Source: Candidatus Acidiferrales bacterium
GTDB taxonomy: Bacteria; Acidobacteriota; Terriglobia; Acidiferrales; UBA7541
DNA: 64,000 nucleotides
NCBI GenBank assembly: GCA_050014395.1
Contig: JBEKDK010000004.1
Coordinates: 9,765 to 73,764 of the forward strand
Direction of reading: 5' to 3'
Each line of letters starts with the position of its first letter. Position 1 is the first letter of the stretch. The notes beneath the pieces were generated by a model that did not search any database, was not told the origin of the DNA, and was given only the letters and a program-made list of their open reading frames with translations. The position numbers and the translations under genes were made by a program. Shown piece by piece: positions 36,426-46,924 of this stretch.

Positions 36426-37298
36426 TTGAATAATAATTCGCAAATGCGCCGCGTCGATTTCAACGGTTTGGCCGTCCTCGCGCTCGAAAGCCGCCGCGCG
36501 CCGGAAACGGCCAAGCTGATCGCATCACGCGGCGGCCGGGCAATCGTTGCGCCGGCGCTGCGCGAAGTTCCTCTAGCATCGAATGTAAGAGCGCTTGAAT
36601 TCGTCGACGCGCTGATCGCAGGCCAGTTTGATATCGCAATTTTTCTGACCGGCGTGGGCACCCGCGCGCTGGCCGGAATCGCGGACGCCGCCGGCAAGCG
36701 CGAGCCGTTTCTCGCCGCGCTGCGCAAAGTCGCTGTCGTGGCGCGCGGTCCGAAACCGCTGGCAGTTTTGCGCGAACTCAATGTTCCCGTCAGCGTCGCG
36801 GCGCCCGAGCCCAACACGTGGCGCGAACTTCTCGCCGCGCTGGACGCCGCCGTCTCGCAATTCCCTGTGCGCGGCCGACGCGTCGCTGTGCAGGAGTACG
36901 GCGTATCGAATCCCGAGTTATTGGCTGCGCTCACCGAGCGCGGCGCCACAGTGACGCCCGTGCCCGTCTATCAATGGGCGCTCCCCGAAGACCTTGAACC
37001 GTTGCGCGCGGCGATTGCCGCAATCGGGCGCGGAGAAATCGATATCGTGCTGTTCACGACGAGCGTGCAGATCGGCCACATTTTTCAAGTCGCCGCGCAA
37101 ATGGACGCCGAAGCCAGCCTCCGGCGCGGCCTTGCGCGCATGGTGATCGCCTCGATCGGGCCGACCACCAGCGAGGCCCTGCAGCGGCACGGATTGAGCG
37201 CGGATATAGAGCCATCTCACCCCAAATTGGGCATTTTTGTGGACGAAACCGCGGCCCAGAGTGGCGCCATTTTGGTCCGCAAACGTGCCCTACCATAA
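36426..37298 (+). CDS. hemD: uroporphyrinogen-III synthase family protein
   Basis: Two-lobed HEM4-like sequence (LESRRAPE..., TSVQ..., IGPTTSEAL); TTG 36426 or ATG 36444 as start. Confidence 0.65.
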   Translation: MNNNSQMRRVDFNGLAVLALESRRAPETAKLIASRGGRAIVAPALREVPLASNVRALEFVDALIAGQFDIAIFLTGVGTRALAGIADAAGKREPFLAALRKVAVVARGPKPLAVLRELNVPVSVAAPEPNTWRELLAALDAAVSQFPVRGRRVAVQEYGVSNPELLAALTERGATVTPVPVYQWALPEDLEPLRAAIAAIGRGEIDIVLFTTSVQIGHIFQVAAQMDAEASLRRGLARMVIASIGPTTSEALQRHGLSADIEPSHPKLGIFVDETAAQSGAILVRKRALP

Positions 37299-37364
37299 AC
37301 CCTGTAAATGAATGATTAAAAGACGGTTAAACCCGGCGCCGGTTCGCGCCAAAATTTTGGTGGA

Positions 37365-38189
37365 ATGCAGCGAAGACTTGCGTTGGACACCCCGCTCGCG
37401 GCCCCGCTAACATTGCACATGGACACCACTGCTCTGTCCCCCGTGGACGTACAAAGCGAAGTTCCCAACGACGTTCTAACCATTGATTTCGACTTTCTCC
37501 TCGAGATCACCAGCCGGATCGCCGCGGCCGATGAACTCGATAAAGTGCTCGGGCGCGTGGTCGATTTTGTTTCAACTCTCGTGAAATGCGATTCCTGCTT
37601 CATTTACATTCTCGAAGGAAAGGAACTTATTCTGCGCGCCTCAAAGAATCCTCATCCCGATATCATCGGCCGTCTGCGTCTGCACGTCGGTCAAGGCATC
37701 ACCGGATGGGTGGCTGAGCACAGAGAGCCGGTGACAGTTGCGCGCCATGCATCCAAGGATCCGCGCTTCAAAGTGTTTCACGAACTGCCGGAAGATAGTT
37801 TCGAGGCTTTCCTTTCGGTTCCCGTGCTGTGCCGCGGACGCCTCGTCGGCGTCATCAACCTGCAGCACAAGCAGCCTCACCATCACAGCAAGCGCCAGAT
37901 TCAATTGATTTCGACGATCGGGTTTCTGGTCGGCGCCGAAATCGAAATGGCGCGCCTGGAAGGCGAAAATTCCGAATTAAACGAGCAACTTGAAACGCGC
38001 AAGGTCGTGGAGCGCGCCAAGGGAATTCTGCAACGTGAGCTGCGCATCAGCGAAGAGGAAGCCTATCTTTCGATGCGAAAGCAAAGCCGCCAGCGGCGTA
38101 TGCCGATGAAAGATATCGCTTCGGCCATCGTGCTCAGCGACGAAGTGCATCGCGGCCGCAGCCCGGTCTCAAACGCTCGTACGGCTTAG
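37365..38189 (+). CDS. GAF + ANTAR domain RNA-binding antitermination regulator
   Basis: GAF domain (ITGWVAEHREPV, VPVLCRGRLVGVINL), coiled linker, ANTAR helices (VERAKGILQRELRISEEEAYLSMRKQSRQRRMPMKDIASAIV). Confidence 0.85.
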   Translation: MQRRLALDTPLAAPLTLHMDTTALSPVDVQSEVPNDVLTIDFDFLLEITSRIAAADELDKVLGRVVDFVSTLVKCDSCFIYILEGKELILRASKNPHPDIIGRLRLHVGQGITGWVAEHREPVTVARHASKDPRFKVFHELPEDSFEAFLSVPVLCRGRLVGVINLQHKQPHHHSKRQIQLISTIGFLVGAEIEMARLEGENSELNEQLETRKVVERAKGILQRELRISEEEAYLSMRKQSRQRRMPMKDIASAIVLSDEVHRGRSPVSNARTA

Positions 38190-38259
38190 GAAAACAATAT
38201 CGGACACGAGGCGTCCGCGTTGCGCAGGCGCCTCGTGATGATTTACGTTGGTGGACGGA

Positions 38260-39213
38260 TCAGGATTCTGAGAGGCTGATATTTCGTTCGGCGGCGTCTG
38301 CGTCGAATGGAGCTTCGGCAGTTTCTTCGGCCACGTCCCCCGCAACCTCCGCCGAAATTTCTTCGGCGAATTGCAGCTCCGCTCGAACCTCGAAAGCCCC
38401 TGCGGCGGCCTGCGCGATTTCGGCTGTGGCTTCCGATTTGGCTTTGGCCGCGACTTTCTCCACCGACCAATCGCGCGCCGCCATGGCGCGTTCGGCGGCA
38501 ACGGCGCCGATCACGAGGAGCGCAGGCGCACCCAGCGTCGGCGCAAGGGCCACTTCACCCAGCGTCATCCTTACAACTTTCTGTTCGCGCCGCGTGGCGC
38601 AAGAAATCACCGCGCAAGGCGTGTCCGAGGAGAGCCCGCCGCGCACAAGCTCCTCGACGCGCGCCGCAACGTTCTGCCCCGGCATGTAGACCGCCAGCGT
38701 CGTGTCCTCGTCCGCCATTTGCACCCAAGCGGAGTCAGCCTTATCCCGGCTGTGATGATTGCTCACCAGCAGAAGCTTTGACGCTAGGCGCCGGTCCGTC
38801 AGCGCCACTTGCGCCGCCGCCGCGGCTCCCAGCACGGCCGTCACGCCCGGCACCACCTCGAACTCAACTCCAGCTCGCGCCAGCGCATCCATCTCCTCGC
38901 CCGCGCGGCCGAAAACCAGCGGATCGCCGCCCTTCAGGCGCACCACGGTGAGTCCTTGCTGCGCGTACTCGATCAGCCGGCGCTCAATTTCAGGTTGGGA
39001 GATCGAATCTTTGCCGCAGCGTTTGCCGACGTTCTGCACGCGTGCGCCGGGCGGCGCGAGCGCCAAGATCTCGTCGGAAACCAAATCGTCGTGCAAGATC
39101 GCATCGGCAACACGCAGTAGCCGCGCGGCCTTAAGCGTGAGCAACTCCGGATCGCCGGGCCCCGCGCCGATCAAATACACCTTGCCGGGAATCACGTATC
39201 CGTGACGCACCAT
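38260..39213 (-). CDS. cobA: uroporphyrinogen-III C-methyltransferase with Ala/Glu-rich C-terminal extension
   Basis: VYLIGAGPGDPELLTLKA and VVRLKGGDPLVFGR motifs; start set at ATG 39213. Confidence 0.85.
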   Translation of the reverse strand: MVRHGYVIPGKVYLIGAGPGDPELLTLKAARLLRVADAILHDDLVSDEILALAPPGARVQNVGKRCGKDSISQPEIERRLIEYAQQGLTVVRLKGGDPLVFGRAGEEMDALARAGVEFEVVPGVTAVLGAAAAAQVALTDRRLASKLLLVSNHHSRDKADSAWVQMADEDTTLAVYMPGQNVAARVEELVRGGLSSDTPCAVISCATRREQKVVRMTLGEVALAPTLGAPALLVIGAVAAERAMAARDWSVEKVAAKAKSEATAEIAQAAAGAFEVRAELQFAEEISAEVAGDVAEETAEAPFDADAAERNISLSES

Positions 39214-39416
39214 AACTCCTTGACATTTTGACGACCTGCCCATGCTAGCACCTGCGGGAACGGCGCTCATCAGAAAAATCGCGAAGGCGAGACCGGGCGG
39301 CCGGCGCCCCGGGCGGCTGGCTGGGGTCCGTAGGGCTCCAGCGTTGTAGGCAGGGGAGCGCACAAGTAAGATACAATGTTGAGAAACCTTTCTCTCGGGT
39401 GTGCGTATAGTAAGTG

Positions 39417-40655
39417 ATGAAGTCGCGTCTCAATCTGCGTGAGCCTATCTCCGTGGCGCTTGGCACCCTCTGGGAGCACAAGCTGCGGTCGTTCCTGATG
39501 TTACTGGGAATCATCCTTTCGGTCTCCACGCTGATTCTGGTGGTTTCGCTGATTTCCGGGGTCAATTTATACATTGCGGATCGCGTGGCGAATCTTGGCT
39601 CCAACGTTTTCTTGATCGCCCAATTTCCGATTATCACGGATGTGACCGATCAGGTGAAAGCCGCCCGCCGCAACAAGCTCATCACTTGGGACGACTACGA
39701 GTATCTGCGGACAAACCTTAAGCTACCGGAGCGCGTGGGCGTCGAGGTGCGCGACCTCGCGCGCGTGCGCTACGGCAATAAGACGCTCGAGGACTGCAGC
39801 GTTCGCGGAGTGAGTTCCACGATCGGCGAGATGGACGTCGAGGAGCCGGCGGAGGGCCGCTACATCAGCGACGACGACGAGTTGCACCGGTCGAACGTTG
39901 CGATGATCGGGTCCGACGTGGCCGCCAAGCTGTTTCCCAATGTCGATCCGCTGGGCCGCGAAATCATGGTGGATGGCAAGCCGTACCAAATCGTCGGCGT
40001 GGCCAAATCGATCGGCACCGTATTCGGGCAATCGCAAGACGAGTACGTCTACATTCCGGTCGAGGTTTTTCTGAAAGTTTATGACGTGGCCGATCGCAGC
40101 CTGACGATCAACATCCAAGCGCGCGGCCCCGATTGGATGGCGCGCACGGAAGACGAAGCGCGCATGTTAATGCGCGCGAGGCGTCACTTGGCGCCCAATG
40201 AAAAAGACGCGTTCGGAATCCTGAATTCCGCGGCGCTGCTCGATCTGTGGAATCAGCTCACGGGCTCGATCGCCGCCGCGATGGTCGGAATCGTGTCTGT
40301 ATTCCTGGTGATCGGCGGCGTGGTGATCATGAACGTGATGCTGGCCTCGGTCACGGAGCGCACGCGGGAGATTGGCGTGCGCAAAGCCATCGGCGCGCGG
40401 CATCGCGATATCCTGCTGCAATTTCTGTTGGAAGCCGGCGTGATGGCGGCGATCGGCGGAACGATTGGCGTGACGATTGCCTATGGCTTGGCAAGCTTGG
40501 TCGGCGCGACAACGTCCGTGCCCATGCACGTGCCGTTGACGGCGGTGCTTATCGCGTTGGGCGTTTCGACAGGCGTAGGGTTGTTCTTCGGGATTTATCC
40601 GGCGCGCAAGGCCGCGAAGTTGAGTCCGATCGAAGCGCTGCGTGCGGAAGTCTAA
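39417..40655 (+). CDS. MacB/FtsX-type ABC transporter permease (no adjacent ATPase)
   Basis: N-terminal TM, about 220-aa periplasmic domain, FtsX 3-TM C-terminus with REIGVRKAIGA motif. Confidence 0.8.
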   Translation: MKSRLNLREPISVALGTLWEHKLRSFLMLLGIILSVSTLILVVSLISGVNLYIADRVANLGSNVFLIAQFPIITDVTDQVKAARRNKLITWDDYEYLRTNLKLPERVGVEVRDLARVRYGNKTLEDCSVRGVSSTIGEMDVEEPAEGRYISDDDELHRSNVAMIGSDVAAKLFPNVDPLGREIMVDGKPYQIVGVAKSIGTVFGQSQDEYVYIPVEVFLKVYDVADRSLTINIQARGPDWMARTEDEARMLMRARRHLAPNEKDAFGILNSAALLDLWNQLTGSIAAAMVGIVSVFLVIGGVVIMNVMLASVTERTREIGVRKAIGARHRDILLQFLLEAGVMAAIGGTIGVTIAYGLASLVGATTSVPMHVPLTAVLIALGVSTGVGLFFGIYPARKAAKLSPIEALRAEV

Positions 40656-40670
40656 GGCGGAGAAGCCGCG

Positions 40671-41930
40671 ATGCCATTGATGCTCGGCGAAAACGCGAAG
40701 ATGGCGCTGACCACGCTGCGTGAGAACAAAATGCGCTCGTTTCTCACCGTGTTGGGAGTGGTGATCGGAATCACTGCGCTGATTTCGGTAGCCTCGATTT
40801 TGGTCGGGCTGTATCAGGATGTGGACAACATGCTGAACGACTACGGCCCGAACACTCTTTTCGTTTGGCGATTGTCGCCCGGAATACAAACCGGTCCGCC
40901 GACGGCGGAAGAACGCTCGCGAAAGACGCTTTCTTACGACGACGTGCTGGCCATTCGGCAATTCTGCCCTGACGTGAAGTTGGTGACCGCCAGCCTTTAC
41001 CCGCGAGTGAATTTTACGGGCCCACAAACGCCCGTGAACGCTCTGTACAAAGACCGCGAAGTGGACGGCGTGGATTTCTCCGGCAATCTGGTCGAATCGG
41101 AAGACGTCTTCAATTCGCGCCCGGAGGTCGGCCGCTTTTACTCGGAGGCCGAGGACCTGCACCGCTCCGATGTCGCGGTGATCGGCTACGACGTCGCGCA
41201 AGGGCTGTTTGGACCGGGAAATCCGCTCGGCAAACAAATCACCATCAGCGGCGTGCCCTACGAAGTGATCGGCGTATTCGGGAAACGCAAGGGGCAATTC
41301 TTCAAGGACCCGCAGGCGGATAAAGAAATCGACATTCCCTATCGCACGTATCAGAAACACTATCCGGCCGACGACGAAAATTTCATCGGCGCCGAAGCGT
41401 ACCCCGGCCGCATGGCCGAGGCCGAAGACGAAATCACGGCTGTGTTGCGGCGGCAGCGCAAGGTTCCATACGACAAGCCGGACAACTTCGGCATCTCCAG
41501 CGCGCAGCAAATTGCCGATCAGTTCCGCCAGATCACCGGATCGGTGGCGCTGCTGATTGCCGTGATCAGTTCGATCGGACTGCTGGTCGGCGGCGTGGGC
41601 GTGATGAACATCATGCTGATGTCCGTAACGCAGCGAACGCGCGAGATCGGCGTGCGCAAAGCCATCGGCGCGCGCAAACGCGACATCATTTGGCAATTTT
41701 TGACCGAGGCGATGGTGCTCACCGGCTCTGGCGGCGTGATCGGCGTGCTGTGCGGCGTCGGAATCAGTATGCTGATCAACGCGCTGGCGCCGAGCCTGCC
41801 TTCGAGCGTCCCTCTGTGGGCCGTGTTTTTGGGCACGGGCATGTCGATGAGCGTCGGGTTGTTCTTCGGTATGTATCCCGCCGTGAAAGCCGCCCGGCTC
41901 GATCCCGTTGTTGCCCTCCGCTACGAGTAG
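40671..41930 (+). CDS. MacB/FtsX-type ABC transporter permease, tandem paralog
   Basis: Same architecture and REIGVRKAIGA motif; 15 nt after the previous gene. Confidence 0.8.
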   Translation: MPLMLGENAKMALTTLRENKMRSFLTVLGVVIGITALISVASILVGLYQDVDNMLNDYGPNTLFVWRLSPGIQTGPPTAEERSRKTLSYDDVLAIRQFCPDVKLVTASLYPRVNFTGPQTPVNALYKDREVDGVDFSGNLVESEDVFNSRPEVGRFYSEAEDLHRSDVAVIGYDVAQGLFGPGNPLGKQITISGVPYEVIGVFGKRKGQFFKDPQADKEIDIPYRTYQKHYPADDENFIGAEAYPGRMAEAEDEITAVLRRQRKVPYDKPDNFGISSAQQIADQFRQITGSVALLIAVISSIGLLVGGVGVMNIMLMSVTQRTREIGVRKAIGARKRDIIWQFLTEAMVLTGSGGVIGVLCGVGISMLINALAPSLPSSVPLWAVFLGTGMSMSVGLFFGMYPAVKAARLDPVVALRYE

Positions 41931-42153
41931 TGCATCCCGCCTGATCGGCCAAATGCTCGCCGTGATCCCGTAGCAGCGATCGCCGCGGCTGGGCAACCGC
42001 GATCGCACCCTCACACAGCTCGGAGATCGTTAGAACCGCGGCATCGATAATTCGTCAATTACATTGCGCACCGTGGCGGCAGCATGTACAGTGTGCGCCG
42101 CTTCGGATGTGAGAAACGGCAGTTCTGTCCGCCGACTTTCAAAGGGGGAAACG

Positions 42154-42441
42154 ATGGTTCGAACGAGCACAATGCTTCGAGTTTTTGTTGTCATGGCTTT
42201 GCTTTGCGCTGGCGTCGCGTATTCGCAATCCGCGCCCGCGAGAAACATCGATCCAAGAATCAGTCCGAACCTCGCCGACGCTCAAACTTACATCACCGAC
42301 GCTTGGAATAAGGTGGTCCTGGCGCAGAAGGTGAACAATTTCGATATGGCCGGCCACGCCGACAACGCCCGGAACGATCTGGTTCATGCGAGCAATGAAC
42401 TGTATCTGGGAGCACAAGCGGCGTACGCGCACACAAAATAG
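42154..42441 (+). CDS. small secreted hypothetical protein (95 aa)
   Basis: ATG 42154 with AAGGGGG SD; signal peptide MVRTSTMLRVFVVMALLCAGVAYS. Confidence 0.5.
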   Translation: MVRTSTMLRVFVVMALLCAGVAYSQSAPARNIDPRISPNLADAQTYITDAWNKVVLAQKVNNFDMAGHADNARNDLVHASNELYLGAQAAYAHTK

Positions 42442-42469
42442 CTGACCGGTCGGCGCATTTCTGATTAAG

Positions 42470-42493
42470 GCCTGCCCGCTGCTGCGGGCAGGC
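42470..42493. terminator. hairpin between convergent genes
   Basis: GCCTGCCCGC-tgct-GCGGGCAGGC, perfect 10-bp stem; no clear U tract. Confidence 0.5.
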
Positions 42494-42538
42494 TCGACCC
42501 CAACAAAAATGGGCGTACGGCGAGGCCCGCGGCGCGAA

Positions 42539-43747
42539 TCAGGTAATGCGCTCGAAGAGGTAGCCGGCTTCGGTGAGCGCCTTCAGCAGCACGGCCACGT
42601 GTTCGGCGCCGCGCGTTTCCATCGTGAGGTCGATGGCGGTGTCGCCGAAATTCACGCCGTAATAGGCGCGATCGTAGGCAGTCGCCACGATGTTCGTGCG
42701 ATGCTCGGTGAGCACGCCGGTGAGCCGATGTAGCGCGCCGGGATAATCGGGCAGATGAATGCGCAGGCGAATCATGCGCCCATCCTGCACCAGGCCGCGC
42801 TCGATAATGCGCGAAAGGATCGTGACGTCCAGATTGCCGCCGGAAACGATCAGCACCACTCGTTTGCCGGAAAGTTTCGTTTTGCCGTTTAGCAGAGCTG
42901 CGAGCGGGACGGCGCCCGCTCCTTCGGCGAGAATTTTCTCGCGCTCGAGAAGCAACAGAATCGCGCTGGCGATCTCTTCTTCTTCCACAGTCACAATTTC
43001 ATCGACGTACTTCTGCACCAGCGGCAACGTCAGTTCGCCCGCGCGGCGCACGGCGATGCCGTCAGCCAGCGTTGTGGCCACCGGCAACGTGACCGGCTTG
43101 CCGTGCTCTACCGCTTCCTTCATTGAAGCCAGGCGCGCGGTTTGCACGCCGATCACGCGAATCGATGGGCGCGCGTGTTTCAGCACGCAGGCCACGCCGC
43201 TGATCAGCCCGCCGCCGCCAATGGCGGTGACGACGGCTTCGATATCCGGCTGCTGCTCGAACAACTCAATACCCAGCGAGCCTTGGCCCGCGATCACCGC
43301 GAGATCGTCGAACGGATGAATCAGCGTGAGGTTGTTCTCTTTCGATCGGCGCAGCGCTTCGTCGAAGGCTTCGTCGTAATTCGCGCCGTGCAGCAGCACT
43401 TCGGCGCCATAGCGCCGCGTGGCCATCACTTTGTTCAACGGCGTCGCCAGCGGCATGCAGATTTCCGCCGGAATTCCCCGCCGCGTGGCGTGATAGGAGA
43501 CCGCCTGCGCGTGATTGCCTGCCGAAGCCGCGATCAGGCCGCGCCGGCGCTCGTCCTCGGTAAGCGTGAGGATGCGATTCAGTGCGCCGCGCTCCTTGTA
43601 GGAACCGGTACGCTGCAAATTTTCGAGCTTCAGAAAAACGTCGTTGCCGGTCATCTCGGAAAATGTTTCCGAGCGGGCGCAGGGCGTCACCAGAATCGAA
43701 TCCCGGATCCGGCCGCGTGCTTGCTTGATGTCTTCGACCTTTAGCAT
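42539..43747 (-). CDS. ilvA: threonine ammonia-lyase (threonine dehydratase)
   Basis: PLP lysine region (FLKLENLQRTGSYKERGA), GGGGLISG loop, one C-terminal ACT-like domain. Confidence 0.85.
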   Translation of the reverse strand: MLKVEDIKQARGRIRDSILVTPCARSETFSEMTGNDVFLKLENLQRTGSYKERGALNRILTLTEDERRRGLIAASAGNHAQAVSYHATRRGIPAEICMPLATPLNKVMATRRYGAEVLLHGANYDEAFDEALRRSKENNLTLIHPFDDLAVIAGQGSLGIELFEQQPDIEAVVTAIGGGGLISGVACVLKHARPSIRVIGVQTARLASMKEAVEHGKPVTLPVATTLADGIAVRRAGELTLPLVQKYVDEIVTVEEEEIASAILLLLEREKILAEGAGAVPLAALLNGKTKLSGKRVVLIVSGGNLDVTILSRIIERGLVQDGRMIRLRIHLPDYPGALHRLTGVLTEHRTNIVATAYDRAYYGVNFGDTAIDLTMETRGAEHVAVLLKALTEAGYLFERIT

Positions 43748-43776
43748 GAAGTCACTTTCTCGTATCGCCGGCGAAT

Positions 43777-44720
<944 letters not shown>

Positions 44721-45049
44721 TCACATCCCTTTCTTTTCTCAGGCTTGGGCCGCCCGAGCGTGCTGCGATGCGGGGCATGCCGATTGCGCCGCGCCAACGG
44801 CGGCGAAACGCTTCTGAACTCCACGAACTTGATGAAACTGATGAACTTAGTTGAGCCCGCCACTGGGAACGTCTAAAACCAAGAATTTTGCATCCGCCCA
44901 ATTGAAATTTTCCGTTTCCCATCTAAAAGAGTCAAGCGTAGAGTCGATCACCTTAATGAATTCTAAACAAGATTCAAACGAAATATAAACAGGGGCCATA
45001 AGAAACAAGGGTGGAGTCGGTGCCTTCAATATCATATAAATAGGAGACG

Positions 45050-46576
45050 ATGAAAACTATGCGCATTAAGATTCTTCTAGTATCCGGTCTATTGCTGATT
45101 GCGTCCACCGTTGTACGGGGCCAGGCTACGGCCCCGGCAACAACGGACTCGAGTTCCCCGGCGACTGCGGCGCAAACGCCGGCCGCAACCCCCGCAGCGA
45201 CGCCGGATTCAAGCTCCACGGCGCCCGCGGCGCAAAGTCCCGCCGCGACGCCCGCAGCGGCGCCAACGGCGCCGCCGACGTGGTCTGCGGGGCCGATCGA
45301 CTTCGCCGGCGAGATCGACGGCTACTATACCTTTAATACGAATCATCCGGACGGCGTTTTTGGAAACACGTCCGGGACATACAGCACGTACAATAACAAC
45401 AATCTTTACAACTTCAACTCCAAAGCCAACCAGTTCGATTTGAATTTCGCCAAGCTGGCGATGTCGCACGCGCCGGACCCGGTCGGCTTCGAGTTGGACT
45501 TCGGATTTGGGCGCACAGTGCAAACGGTCAATTTTTCCGAGCAGCCCAACGGCTTCCAGTACGTGGAGCAAGCGTACTTGGAATGGAAGCCGGCCAAGGC
45601 CAAGGGGTTCGAGTTGGACTTCGGGAAATTCGCGACGAGCGCCGGCGCGGAAGTGATCGAGACGTACAACAACTGGAACTATTCGCGCTCGCTGCTTTTC
45701 ACATGGGCGATCCCGTATTACCACATGGGCGTGCGGACGTCCTTTCCGATCGGAAAACACTGGACCGCCGGAGTGCAGGTGGTCAACGGCTGGAACAACG
45801 TTTCGACGACTGTGAACAGCGGCAAGACGCTCGGATTCGTCGCGGCCCTTACGACAGCCAAGGCCACGTGGAACATCAACTACTACACCGGCCCGGGGAA
45901 TGCCGGCTCGAACAGCGGCTGGCTGAACTTGATCGATACCACGCTGTTGCTGACGCCAACGGGTAAGCTCGCTAAGCTCAACGCGTACATCAACTACGAT
46001 TACGACCGGCACGGCTTCGGCACATCCCAGGGTTTCGCAATGCCGGCAGTTTCCTGGTACGGCATCGCCGGCGCGCTCCACGAACAATTGACTGGGAAGT
46101 TTGCTCTCGCACAGCGCTTTGAATGGTTCGACGACGCAAACGGATTCGACCTTTCGAGCGCCCTGCCGCCCGCTGTCGCCGGCGACGCGGTACCGCAACA
46201 GGTGAAGGAAATCACGATCACGGCGGAATACAAGCTGCTCGAAGGTCTGCTGTGGCGGCTGGAATACCGGCGAGACTGGTCCACGTATCCGATGTTCTTG
46301 CGTGGCGCGTTCCCCCAACAAGCTGATTTCTGCAATTACAACGTCGACTTCGACGACGGTTGCGCCAATCAGGAACCCGACGAAGGTGGCATCGTGAAGG
46401 CGCCCGATACTGGCTCGGGGTTGATGAACACCGTCAACCCGCTGGCCACGGTGGCGCCCGGCGCCGAATTCCCCTCCGTGCTCAGCCCGAACAACCCGGC
46501 GGGCCTGTACGGCTTCTCGAAATCGCAGAACACGATCACCATCGGTCTGATCGCGTTCTTCGGCCCCAAGCGGTAG
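45050..46576 (+). CDS. outer-membrane beta-barrel porin (OmpL/BBP2-like) in a nitrogen-assimilation neighbourhood
   Basis: AGGAGA SD; signal peptide MKTMRIKILLVSGLLLIASTVVRGQA; Ala/Pro/Thr linker then alternating beta-strand pattern. Confidence 0.55.
   Translation: MKTMRIKILLVSGLLLIASTVVRGQATAPATTDSSSPATAAQTPAATPAATPDSSSTAPAAQSPAATPAAAPTAPPTWSAGPIDFAGEIDGYYTFNTNHPDGVFGNTSGTYSTYNNNNLYNFNSKANQFDLNFAKLAMSHAPDPVGFELDFGFGRTVQTVNFSEQPNGFQYVEQAYLEWKPAKAKGFELDFGKFATSAGAEVIETYNNWNYSRSLLFTWAIPYYHMGVRTSFPIGKHWTAGVQVVNGWNNVSTTVNSGKTLGFVAALTTAKATWNINYYTGPGNAGSNSGWLNLIDTTLLLTPTGKLAKLNAYINYDYDRHGFGTSQGFAMPAVSWYGIAGALHEQLTGKFALAQRFEWFDDANGFDLSSALPPAVAGDAVPQQVKEITITAEYKLLEGLLWRLEYRRDWSTYPMFLRGAFPQQADFCNYNVDFDDGCANQEPDEGGIVKAPDTGSGLMNTVNPLATVAPGAEFPSVLSPNNPAGLYGFSKSQNTITIGLIAFFGPKR
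45144..45259 (+). repeat. imperfect ~57-60 bp tandem duplication in the porin linker
   Basis: TDSSSPATAAQTPAATPAA followed by TPDSSSTAPAAQSPAATPAA. Confidence 0.5.
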
Positions 46577-46924
46577 AGCGAGGCGGTCCGCTGACAAGGG
46601 ACGAGAGCGTTACAAGTGATGATGGAGACCTAGATTGAATTGCGAGTGATTGTGTGGATGGCCGGGAGCTCCCGGTCGCCGTCGGCAGCGGCGGCCGGGA
46701 GCTTTGGCCGGCCCTGGCGCACATTGGAGAACTGGTGGGCGCCAAGTAACTCCGAAACGGCGCGCGGCGGGTGCGAAGCGCTGACGGTTGCGCAAAACGG
46801 GCGTGGCCCTGTATGATTCCGAGTTTCATGAAGCTTGGCAAGACGCGTCAGCGCGCAAGGCGATCCCACCGAGAGACGCACATGGATTTCTGTTGTGGAA
46901 TATCATTTCATCTAAGGAGCTCAA

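Noticed and set aside
40167-42014. 615-aa minus-strand ORF
   Set aside because: Antisense to both MacB-like permease genes. The Arg/His-rich low-complexity translation marks it as a GC-skew artefact.
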